Shown piece by piece: positions 48,201 to 56,600 of a stretch of 64,000 bases of DNA. Under the pieces are notes generated by a model. The model searched no databases. It was not told the DNA's origin and saw only the letters and a list, made by a program, of their open reading frames with translations. This DNA comes from a virus: positions 12,922 to 76,921 of IMG/VR virus record IMGVR_UViG_3300022204_000004. One strand, written 5' to 3'. Made by a program: the position numbers and the translations under genes. Within the stretch, counting starts at the first letter, position 1, and each line of letters opens with the position of its first letter.

Positions 48201-50417
48201 GGTAACGGTACATTGCTTGGAACAATAAATGGAACAACAACAACATTAGGAGCTTTACAGTTAGGTTTATCTGGTACTATAAATACCTTAACAATAGTTT
48301 CAGGAACTCTTACAGCAATAGGGTTATTAAGTGGAGCTTCTAATGGTTCTTCTTCGACTTCAGGCGTATTAACTTCGTCTGGAGTCCTTGAAGGACAATC
48401 AAACGGAATTGCTACAGTTCAAGGAACGTTGAGTGCCAATGGTTCTTTAATTGGTGTTATAAACACATCGACTACCACACAAGGTATATTGGTGTCAAAT
48501 GCTATAAACGGAACATCCAACGGAACGTCCATAACAAGTGGAACGCTTACGGGTCTTGGAAATCTTGTAGGTGTTGTCACAACCTTAACAACAACCCAAG
48601 GAACACTTAGTTCAAATAATTTAGCGGGAACTTCTGATGGCTCGGCTACGGTTCAAGGAACACTTACAGCCGCAGGATTTATAATAGGAGTATTAGAGGG
48701 ATTGGCTTCAGGAGAAAGCTTATTGGATTTGAACGAACTTACGGGATTAGGTGCTTTAGGTGGTTCTTCAAATGGATCTACAACCTCTACAGCCGGAGTA
48801 TTTTCTTCAGGTCAAATAGCGGGAATATCCAATGGTTCTAGTGACGCTATAGGTTCTACACTTACGGGTACAGGCGCTTTAGTTGGAGTAATAGAGAAAG
48901 AGCCAATTTATTTTGATTTAGCAGAAGGCTCTCTTATTGCCAAGTTCTTTGTATTTGATGAATCTTATGGAGAGACAATAGATATAAGAAACAAAGCCGT
49001 AGAATATATTGAATTCTTTATGGGCAAAGTTGGTAATCCAAACTTTGCTATGAGAGCTGAGATATGGTCATTAGATGGTTCAAGATTACCTCAATCTTTA
49101 TTACAAGTTTCCACAACTGTAATTCAAGCCATTAATGTTCAAAGTGGAATATTATCTTATCAGAGATTTTACTTTGATACAATAGGTGCAAACTATAATC
49201 AAGAGGTTGGTATCGTTGTCCACATATTCAATCACACTGTTGGTGATGACGCAAATTATATAGAAAGGATTTATGGCGATCAAAACCATTTCAAAAAAGG
49301 AAATATACTCTATAATTTCACAGGTGCTCTATGGAGTGAAAATTTAGATCAAGATATAAACGGAGCAATACAACTTGTCAAATCTGTTAGTGGAAACATT
49401 TCAGGTACAATGTATGGCAACGTCTTCGGAACAACTACTGTAACCGGAACATTAAATGCGAATGGAGTATTATCGGGAACGATAAACGGAGATTCTTCGG
49501 CTATAGGCATCCTGTCAAACCCTCTAGTTGGAAACGTATCAGGGGTTTCAACTGTGACAGGAACGCTTATAGGAATAGCTAATTTGATTGGTGATTCTAA
49601 CGGAACTGCAACTGTCATTGGTACTGTTTTAAGCGACGGAACCATGCTTGGCGAAATCAATGGCAGTTCTTCTGTTAGTGGAACTCTTTTGGGCAAAGTT
49701 CAAATGGAAGGCAATACAGATACGCTTTCCATTGTAACAGGAACATTATCAGGAATAGGAAATCTTGTAGGAACTTCCAATGGCTCATCTACTGTAACAT
49801 TAGAAAACTCAGGTTCTATAGGAACACTTGCGGGAATTATAAATAGTGTTACAACTGTAACGGGCAATATATCCTATCAAAGTGGAGCAAGTTCAAATGG
49901 TTCTACAACGACAAGTGGAACGCTTACAGCCATAGGCTCTCTAAGTGGAACGTCCAACGGATCTACAAGTACTCAAGGAACTTTCCTAAGTCCTATAGCT
50001 GGGGAAAGCAATGGTTCTACTGTTGTAACGGGAACGCTTAATGCCAAAGGTGTACTTGAAGGAGTTATAAATGGATATGCAGTGACTTCTGCAAGGGAAA
50101 CAGGTATTGTTTCTATTTCGGGAATTATAAATGGCTCTGCAACCGTAACAGGTTCAATATATTCAAAAGGCACATTGATAGGTGTTATCAATACTTATAG
50201 CCAAACATCTGCAACGATTGTTCCCGATGTTGATTATGTTGTAAAAATATCAGGAATATCTAACGGTAGTTCAACGGTTATAGGCTACATGTCAGACCAA
50301 GCTTCAGGTTATATGGATACTTCATGTTTCTATGAAGTCATATATTTGGAACCGACATGTTATCCTGTTGAATATGAGTATGAAAAATATTATGTAAATT
50401 ATAACTGTAAAATTTAG
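45228..50417 (+). CDS. Giant fibre/adhesin, C-terminal part (same frame continues after the TAA)
   Basis: 45228-45632 is open and in frame with both ORFs; many ~19-20-aa GxSNGxATxxGTLT repeats. Confidence 0.7.
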   Translation, partial: ALIPDALLETSTNSITASSLTPTNQDIEVKFLFTGKSYAGNIAIVIAVTNWISGTTASFKFTTPSTVSNENIVGNETGSGWNDLPTQDFYYKLNSDYKVSGTVTGTLSAKIGIAAVSNTTFSAYKESITGGSNRFLGVWDTKYAGQLMIGFESRVSSLVVQLRKTGSPVSDIRAKIFKREKDSLIFTDYTLKETSTNTISASSLTASYASYTFNFSGNAYVNGDILIALESFNETVGDISNYVVLKTDNANPIANENYIATISGVTTLFTNYPNDDFWYQLTYTVETNGTLRALGSLLGTINGVTTKNAVLTAVDLGGILGTINNNATTLGVLTAKGSLTGAINGTVTVTVSSITLKVDANINGVATVTGLLHADAKAFGTSNGVATTTSILTGLGDLSASINTSTTTVSVLTGKASLIGIINTTTTTLSDLTNGVTIQPIAVIVNGVATVSGILTANGTLQGIINAVATVDGTASARADLLGVINITITVTGTLSANGELAGASNGIASTSGLLNSNLQGSVIVNTTTLTTGTLTGQGALLGASNGIATTDSSLSSTQLIAGIINGVATVSGTLSANGVLAGNSNASATTSGVLTSNGLLSGESNGVGSTTSVLTAIGTLSGSSNGLASLSGLLNSNLQGSVIVNTDSLVTGTLTGSGALLGTSNGLATTQGNLVGETSISGTINGSVVTSGTLTAKGSLVGIITTSTTVQGLLISNFMFGTSDGVATVQGTLTANGSLLGVSNGTSILSGLLNSNLQGSVIVDTSTLTTGTLTGSGALVGTSNGSATTQGILSGQTSIVGIINGVASTSGTLTALGNLSGSSNGVATVQGNIITDALNGTSNGVATVQGILTANGSLVGQSNGSTTVQGALVSDAMLGTSDGIATTQGTLTANGSLIGVVNTTTTTQGTLNAKGSLEGTSNGSATVQGALISDAMIGVSNGIATTSGTLTGNGSLSGIVLGQATTDGSLISDAMAGVTNGTATTQGTLTGNGTLLGTINGTTTTLGALQLGLSGTINTLTIVSGTLTAIGLLSGASNGSSSTSGVLTSSGVLEGQSNGIATVQGTLSANGSLIGVINTSTTTQGILVSNAINGTSNGTSITSGTLTGLGNLVGVVTTLTTTQGTLSSNNLAGTSDGSATVQGTLTAAGFIIGVLEGLASGESLLDLNELTGLGALGGSSNGSTTSTAGVFSSGQIAGISNGSSDAIGSTLTGTGALVGVIEKEPIYFDLAEGSLIAKFFVFDESYGETIDIRNKAVEYIEFFMGKVGNPNFAMRAEIWSLDGSRLPQSLLQVSTTVIQAINVQSGILSYQRFYFDTIGANYNQEVGIVVHIFNHTVGDDANYIERIYGDQNHFKKGNILYNFTGALWSENLDQDINGAIQLVKSVSGNISGTMYGNVFGTTTVTGTLNANGVLSGTINGDSSAIGILSNPLVGNVSGVSTVTGTLIGIANLIGDSNGTATVIGTVLSDGTMLGEINGSSSVSGTLLGKVQMEGNTDTLSIVTGTLSGIGNLVGTSNGSSTVTLENSGSIGTLAGIINSVTTVTGNISYQSGASSNGSTTTSGTLTAIGSLSGTSNGSTSTQGTFLSPIAGESNGSTVVTGTLNAKGVLEGVINGYAVTSARETGIVSISGIINGSATVTGSIYSKGTLIGVINTYSQTSATIVPDVDYVVKISGISNGSSTVIGYMSDQASGYMDTSCFYEVIYLEPTCYPVEYEYEKYYVNYNCKI

Positions 50418-50421
50418 CATT

Positions 50422-50784
50422 ATGGCGAAAATGAAAATAATAAGAGTTCACAGAGACGAAAGCGATATTTGCTTTGTGATTCGATTTCCAAAAGGGAAAA
50501 CCATTTTGGATATACAAGACATCAAATTTCTTGTGAAAGAAAAAGACGATACAGCTCTTCCTAGTGCTATCATTACAAAAACTAAAAGCGGTGGAGATAT
50601 TACATTATCGGGAAAAGATGTAGCTAAAGTAAAGATGAATGTCAGTAATTACAATAACATTGTTATAGGAAATCTTTATAGATCAGCTTTATTTGTCAAG
50701 TGGACAGGCAATACGGATTTTGATGAAAACGTAAAATATTTGTTTGATTTTCAGACAAAACAAAACTTTGATAACGACAATTAA
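50422..50784 (+). CDS. Putative fibre adaptor (BppU-like beta protein)
   Basis: About 120-aa beta protein immediately after the fibre; IKFLVKEK.DT. Confidence 0.4.
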   Translation: MAKMKIIRVHRDESDICFVIRFPKGKTILDIQDIKFLVKEKDDTALPSAIITKTKSGGDITLSGKDVAKVKMNVSNYNNIVIGNLYRSALFVKWTGNTDFDENVKYLFDFQTKQNFDNDN

Positions 50785-50785
50785 A

Positions 50786-51061
50786 ATGGGTAAAAAAATA
50801 AAAAATGCAGTTAAAAAAGTCAAGGAAGGAGCAATAGTTCCGGTCATTGACTTGGTTCTGGGTAGGACCATGAGCAAAAAGCTTATGGTCTTTATGATTG
50901 CTTCAGCATATTTAATGGCTAAATATCTACAACCTGACCAATGGGTCACAGTTGCAGAATGGTATATAGGAGGACAGGCCGCTGTTGATGTAACAGAAAC
51001 AATAGTACAAAAGTTTAAGCACCAAAAAACGAATGTGGAATCTGACGAAGAACTACGATAA
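50786..51061 (+). CDS. Putative holin
   Basis: SKKLMVF..A...W...A.WYIGGQAAVD two-TM pattern. Confidence 0.55.
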   Translation: MGKKIKNAVKKVKEGAIVPVIDLVLGRTMSKKLMVFMIASAYLMAKYLQPDQWVTVAEWYIGGQAAVDVTETIVQKFKHQKTNVESDEELR

Positions 51062-51062
51062 A

Positions 51063-51353
51063 ATGAGTGATGAACAGTTGGAAAAATTGGCTACGGGCAA
51101 CTATGTTGCTGTGCCAAAGTGGGAATACTATTTAAAATACATAACATTGTTAGGTGTTGTTTATTTGATATTTTATATTGGTTCTTGGACAAAAAACCAA
51201 GAGGCAACAATGTTTAATCATTTAAAAAATGATGATGAGCATAGAACTTTAAAGGAAGCTCAAAAAGAATTTATCACAAGACGTGAATTTGATTTGACAC
51301 TTAAAAATATTGAAGGAAGTTTACAAACAATTAAAAACGAAATAAAAAGATGA
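51063..51353 (+). CDS. Single-TM coiled-coil protein (lysis cluster)
   Basis: TM helix then FITRREF. Confidence 0.5.
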   Translation: MSDEQLEKLATGNYVAVPKWEYYLKYITLLGVVYLIFYIGSWTKNQEATMFNHLKNDDEHRTLKEAQKEFITRREFDLTLKNIEGSLQTIKNEIKR

Positions 51354-51601
51354 ACCCCGAAGAAACAAGTGAGAATTTTATCCATTTTAAAGTCCGAACA
51401 TTTATTGGGATTGTAGGGGGGATGGTCATAGGAACCAATGTCGTCAATACGGTATTGAGCGATATAAAACAGAATGAAGAAATGATTCAATATAATGCAG
51501 AAGCAGAAGATAGAAGAAGACAGCATCTTGAAAAACAGTTTGAATACAAACTTCAAATAATAGAATTAAAAGAAGACCTTAAAAAATGTAAAGAACAATG
51601 A
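51350..51601 (+). CDS. Single-TM coiled-coil protein
   Basis: TM plus coiled coil. Confidence 0.5.
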   Translation: MNPEETSENFIHFKVRTFIGIVGGMVIGTNVVNTVLSDIKQNEEMIQYNAEAEDRRRQHLEKQFEYKLQIIELKEDLKKCKEQ

Positions 51602-52185
51602 CAAATGTAAGAGCATTTACAGACAAAGAACTTTTAGGAAAAGTTGAAGAGATTGGAGGAACCATTCCAAATGAAGGTTCCAAATATCTCATCATAGGCG
51701 TCAGTTCGTTAAAAGATGAATACAACATCTTTGATGACAAGTTTTATGTCTATGATGGCAAACGTTTTATCATGTCAAGCTCTGGAACTACCAATGCCGG
51801 TTCTACAGCACTAAAGACTTTTGATGAATACAAACTTGAAGGTGCTGCTGTTTGGAAAACAAATATGTGGTATAAAGACCTTTATATCCCAGGAAAACAT
51901 AAAGGGAGAATGAAAGCTTTAAGGCAGAACGAACCTATCTATTATTATCGTGATTCTGATAGAGATAACAAAGCTGAAGAACAAGGTAAACTTCATTATG
52001 GTATTATCTACGCTAATATGCATGGAGTCGATTACAATCCATTTAGCAATAAAATAGGAAGCAACATCGGTGGGTGGTCTTTTGCTTGTCAGGTATGGAA
52101 CAGAATGAGCGATTATCGATTGATGATAGACGCTACTTGGGAACGAAACAAAGCGGTGGATTACGCTTTATTAAAAGAATGGTAA
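51598..52185 (+). CDS. Putative endolysin, YkuD/L,D-peptidase-like
   Basis: GTTNAG, YRDSDRD, NMHG...WSFACQV His/Cys motif; in lysis cluster. Confidence 0.6.
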   Translation: MTNVRAFTDKELLGKVEEIGGTIPNEGSKYLIIGVSSLKDEYNIFDDKFYVYDGKRFIMSSSGTTNAGSTALKTFDEYKLEGAAVWKTNMWYKDLYIPGKHKGRMKALRQNEPIYYYRDSDRDNKAEEQGKLHYGIIYANMHGVDYNPFSNKIGSNIGGWSFACQVWNRMSDYRLMIDATWERNKAVDYALLKEW

Positions 52186-52188
52186 CAA

Positions 52189-52404
52189 ATGAAAAAATCT
52201 TTTAAAACATTTTTCCAAAAGAAGGACATTAAAGAAAAAAGAGATGAAAATTTTCTTGCTTCAGCTTGGTTTGAACTATTTAATAAAGGTAAAAAACCAA
52301 CAGAAATTCAAGTGTCAATGTTTATAAGAGATTATCACAATAGAGAATTAGATGAACGCGAAAACAAGAAATTTATTGATTGGCTTAACAATCGTAAGCA
52401 TTAG
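52189..52404 (+). CDS. Hypothetical protein
   Basis: ORF in operon. Confidence 0.5.
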   Translation: MKKSFKTFFQKKDIKEKRDENFLASAWFELFNKGKKPTEIQVSMFIRDYHNRELDERENKKFIDWLNNRKH

Positions 52405-52741
52405 CACATTTGCTTATTTTGCATATATAGCTATTGATGATGATTACAAACAAAAAATCAAAGCAATAGAAAAAGAACGTGACTCATTGGAAATGGAAGT
52501 CGCAAAGATTGAATATAGATATGATAGTCTTGAAACAATTAAAAAAAAAGTGATATGGCGTTATAAAGAAACTGAAGAACAATTAAAAAGTCAAGAAAAT
52601 GAAACAAACAATATTCCTGGTCTTGTTGCCACTTACCCTAATAGTAAGCTCGACAGCATACTCACAAATTACAGGTTTAGACCGAGAGCAAAAAATACAG
52701 ATAGTATCAGGTCTAGAGAGTTATGGAGCAATACTGATTGA
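52352..52741 (+). CDS. Putative i-spanin-like protein
   Basis: N-terminal TM plus coiled coil. Confidence 0.45.
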   Translation: MNAKTRNLLIGLTIVSISTFAYFAYIAIDDDYKQKIKAIEKERDSLEMEVAKIEYRYDSLETIKKKVIWRYKETEEQLKSQENETNNIPGLVATYPNSKLDSILTNYRFRPRAKNTDSIRSRELWSNTD

Positions 52742-52970
52742 GGTAGATTTAACGCAACAACTTTTAGGACAGTGCAATGAAATAAACAGATTGCTTGAAG
52801 AACAATTAAAAACAAAAGATGAGATTATTGACAACCTTAAAAAACAAATTGAAGGCTATCAAAAAGAGGTCAATATTCAAGATGATGAAATTCGCAAACA
52901 AAGAAAGAAAAACCTTGTAACCGTTGCTGGTGGCGCAGGACTATTAATATTATCACTAATTTTGAAATAA
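52599..52970 (+). CDS. Putative spanin partner
   Basis: Signal peptide ending AYSQ, coiled coil, C-terminal hydrophobic segment; overlaps the previous gene. Confidence 0.45.
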   Translation: MKQTIFLVLLPLTLIVSSTAYSQITGLDREQKIQIVSGLESYGAILIEVDLTQQLLGQCNEINRLLEEQLKTKDEIIDNLKKQIEGYQKEVNIQDDEIRKQRKKNLVTVAGGAGLLILSLILK

Positions 52971-53626
52971 TGGCAATAACAAAATTTAAAATAACTAGAG
53001 CACCAATTAGAGCAACATTGGAAATCGCTTCTGTTTCTGTTGTTGTAGGACAAGAATACCCTATATCTCAACAGGCTCAAATGGTTGCAAAAGTTACAAA
53101 TGTTGGTGTTCCTTATGATGATTTTGGTTTTAGATTAGGAAATTCAAACAATATTTGGAGCGAAGAGTTTGATTGTACGATTAATGTAAATGTGGATGGA
53201 GTAAGTCCTACTGTTCCTTTTCCGGTTATGAACCATTATCATTATCTTAATCAAGATGCGAACATTGATTTTATATGGTCTTTTAATGATAGTACGGATA
53301 GAATAAGATTTACACAAGCCGTAGCTCCTCAATATGGAACGTTAAGAATAAATGGTTTGAACATGATTCTTAATAAAACATATTTCCTTTACGAATTTAT
53401 AAAAGTTGTTTGGCATTCGGAATATTATGGAATACTTCAAAATGTTTCTTGTAAATTAAATTTTCAAGTTGGAAATGTAAACGAATGGTCTCCTGAATAT
53501 GAACTTAATTTTTATTCATCTGCCAACATGATTGGTGTTATTGATATGTTACCATTAAATGATACTGAAGAACCAGACGGAACATTAACCCCTGTAAATG
53601 CTACGGGAACATTAACAACGGCTTAA
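52970..53626 (+). CDS. Beta-rich structural protein with internal duplication
   Basis: Two related halves (FRLGNSNNIWSEE / FQVGNVNEWSPE). Confidence 0.6.
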   Translation: MAITKFKITRAPIRATLEIASVSVVVGQEYPISQQAQMVAKVTNVGVPYDDFGFRLGNSNNIWSEEFDCTINVNVDGVSPTVPFPVMNHYHYLNQDANIDFIWSFNDSTDRIRFTQAVAPQYGTLRINGLNMILNKTYFLYEFIKVVWHSEYYGILQNVSCKLNFQVGNVNEWSPEYELNFYSSANMIGVIDMLPLNDTEEPDGTLTPVNATGTLTTA

Positions 53627-53636
53627 AAAAGATATT

Positions 53637-56600
53637 ATGAACCTTAATTACGAAGAACTACACATATTTTTTGAGGGAATGAAAATCTCTCGGGAACAGC
53701 ATGCCGAAGAAAATAAATCTTTTGAGCTTGGTGTCAATGGTCGTTTACATTCCAGAAACGGAAAGCTTTCTTATTCTTCAATAAAAGGAACAATCGAAGT
53801 TTACAATGATCCAAACATTGTCAAATATCTTGGGTACTTTGCTTTTTTTGATGAATTAGCCTTACTTGTAAAATATGATTCTAGAGTCGTAGGTGATAGT
53901 ACCGTAATCAATAATGAAGCAATTTTTGGAGATGATGTCGTTATCAATATTCCTTTTGGTGGAGTACAATATAATTTCACAAACGAACTTACTTTAAACG
54001 CTAGTGAAGAAATAACAACCATCAGTGTTCCTATTCTTCCTGAAGAACTGTCTCCATTACAAAACAATTATGACGAAACAGTAGTAGGCGAAACAATAGA
54101 TTTAAGCAGTTATTATACTCTTGGAAGCTCCAACGTACCCGACTATGAAATTTGTGACACAGGAGGGATTGATTCCGTTCCTGAGTACAATAAAGAATAT
54201 GCAGACGCAATCATTGTTTTGACAAAAGAAGACAACAAAACTTTTGCTGGAAGAATAGCTTGGCTTGGAAACATGAATTGGGATATCAATAGAAAAATAA
54301 CAACTGTTGGTATCTATGAAAACAACTATTACAAAAGAGTTTATTTCACAGACAACCTAAACCCTTTAAGAGTATTCAATTTAAAAGACAATAGTCTTAA
54401 TTATAGGGTTGCCGATGAGTTTTCAATAAATCAAAAATCAACATTATTACAGCCTTATGTTTTTGAAATAAACGATAATGGTTCAATCAAGGCAATGAGT
54501 GTTCAATATGCCTATCTTTTGATTACCGAAAACGGTCAAGCAACTCCATTCTCTCCATATTCTGAACTTCAATTAATAGTTAAAGATTCAGATGATTATG
54601 ATTTTGCTGGTGGTGAAGTAGAAGAAAAAACAAGTAAAGCAGTAAAAATAAAATGCCCTGTTATTTCTACTCTTTATAAAGAGATACAAGCAATAGCCAT
54701 AGAATACGAAGCTGATACTATCCCTACGGCAATAAGAAATCTTGGCAAAAAAGACGTTTCTGAAATTGTTGAATTCATACATACAGGAAATGAGTCTGAA
54801 TATATTGAAAATATCACATTAGATGATATTATTGAGACCGATAACATTTGGACATACTGCAATGATATTACAACTAAAAACAACAAGCTTATTGCTGCGG
54901 GATTAAGAAACGAACCATATACTTTACAAGAAAAATACATTTCAGATCTGTTTCTTTTTAAAGGTTGGGATATAAATGGAAACACTCACAACTCATTAAT
55001 AAATCCAGAGCCACAGACATATGACCATTTTGACCCAACAAGTGTAGAGCAATCTCTTTATTTGAAAAAACAATTATTTATAAGGTTCTTGTTTTTTGGA
55101 AATACAACACTTACTTTAAGAAACAAGACTATACCTGATTCAGAAAAAAGCATTGTCTTTACAAGCAGTTCTGACCAATACATAGAGTATATTGACAAAG
55201 TATTTGATTGGCTTTCAGGATTGGATTTGACGGACTTTCCTAATTTAAGTATAGTAAGATCAAACAAATCAATTCTTTTCACGCCTGTTGACGAACTTTT
55301 AGAAACAGATTTTTCAAACTATATATTTGAAACTTCTGTATCGCAAGTCATTATTGATTTTGATAACGAGTGGGCTATAAAAGAGCCGGCTATAAACGTT
55401 GGCAACTTGATTTATGGTGCACAAAGCTATGGTTACAATAGAGGCTCAGGAATCAGGATTTCTTGGAAAGAAGTCAAAGAACCTATATTAAAGGCTTCTC
55501 CCGAACTATATGTCGATGGACCAATATTAGACCTACAAACACCTTCTCTTAAAAAGACTTTTGTAAAAGACGAGATATATAGGATTTCATGTCAATTTTT
55601 TAAAAGTGGAACACCGTTGTTTGCAATAGTATGTGGAGATGTAAAAACCCCAAAGATTGGAGCTGTAAAAAAATATTTAAGTAATTCAGGGAACCCTGTG
55701 ATTACTTCAGAACTATATTCAAATCAATCTGAGCTTACAGAAATCAATTCAGCTGGAGACGTTGAAATAAAATTACTTGTACATAGATTGGAAATGATTT
55801 GTGAAGTTAGAATTCCTTGTGAGTTTAAAGAACAAGTAGATTCATTTCAGATACAATATGTAGAAAGAACAGAAAACAACAGAACTGTATTGGCTCAAGG
55901 AATTTCTGCTCCATTAGTAAGATTAGCTTCATTCAGAAATCCTAGTCAAGCCGGTATTAATTTTGCACCAAACGTTTATGATAAATGGACTTTACCTTTT
56001 AATGGTGGCCCATTATATGGAATTCATGGATTGTTACAAGTTTATGATGCAGCTGGTTTCGGTGAGAATTGGAATGATATTGAAGATTATCGAAATGAAT
56101 GGGATGATAACCAAGCGGTCAAGGATCGGGTTATGCGTAGAGAAATTCCAAATAGAAGAATGTTCTATTTTGATTCGCCTGATATGATTCATGGTAGAAT
56201 ATCTGAAAAGAATATAGCCAATGGAAAAATACAAGTATTGGGAAGACTTAATACAGACCATACACAAAATTTAATAAGGAGTAGATATCCTTATGACGGA
56301 CTTTCGGGTGGTGGTATTTTTAGTGGCGGACACCCAGAAGAAGGAATTCACAATCATTATGAGCTTACAAGACAAGAAGATAAAGAAGTTGAGGTTTATA
56401 AAGAACTTTCTTTCTCTAGAAAAATTGGATATACTGAATTAGCTGGAGTAGAAACTAAGAAACCTTGGACTGTAAACATTAGTATATTTTCAAAGTTTCA
56501 ACATTATTCAGCAGAACATACTGTTGAAAAAGCAAGTGAACTTTTAAATAAAGGACAAATTATACCAAGTGCTGTTTTAGGAACTTCTTTTGAGTCCGTA

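Noticed and set aside
46000-50300. Diversity-generating retroelement template/variable repeats
   Set aside because: Repeat differences are mostly synonymous and not adenine-specific; no reverse transcriptase in the window
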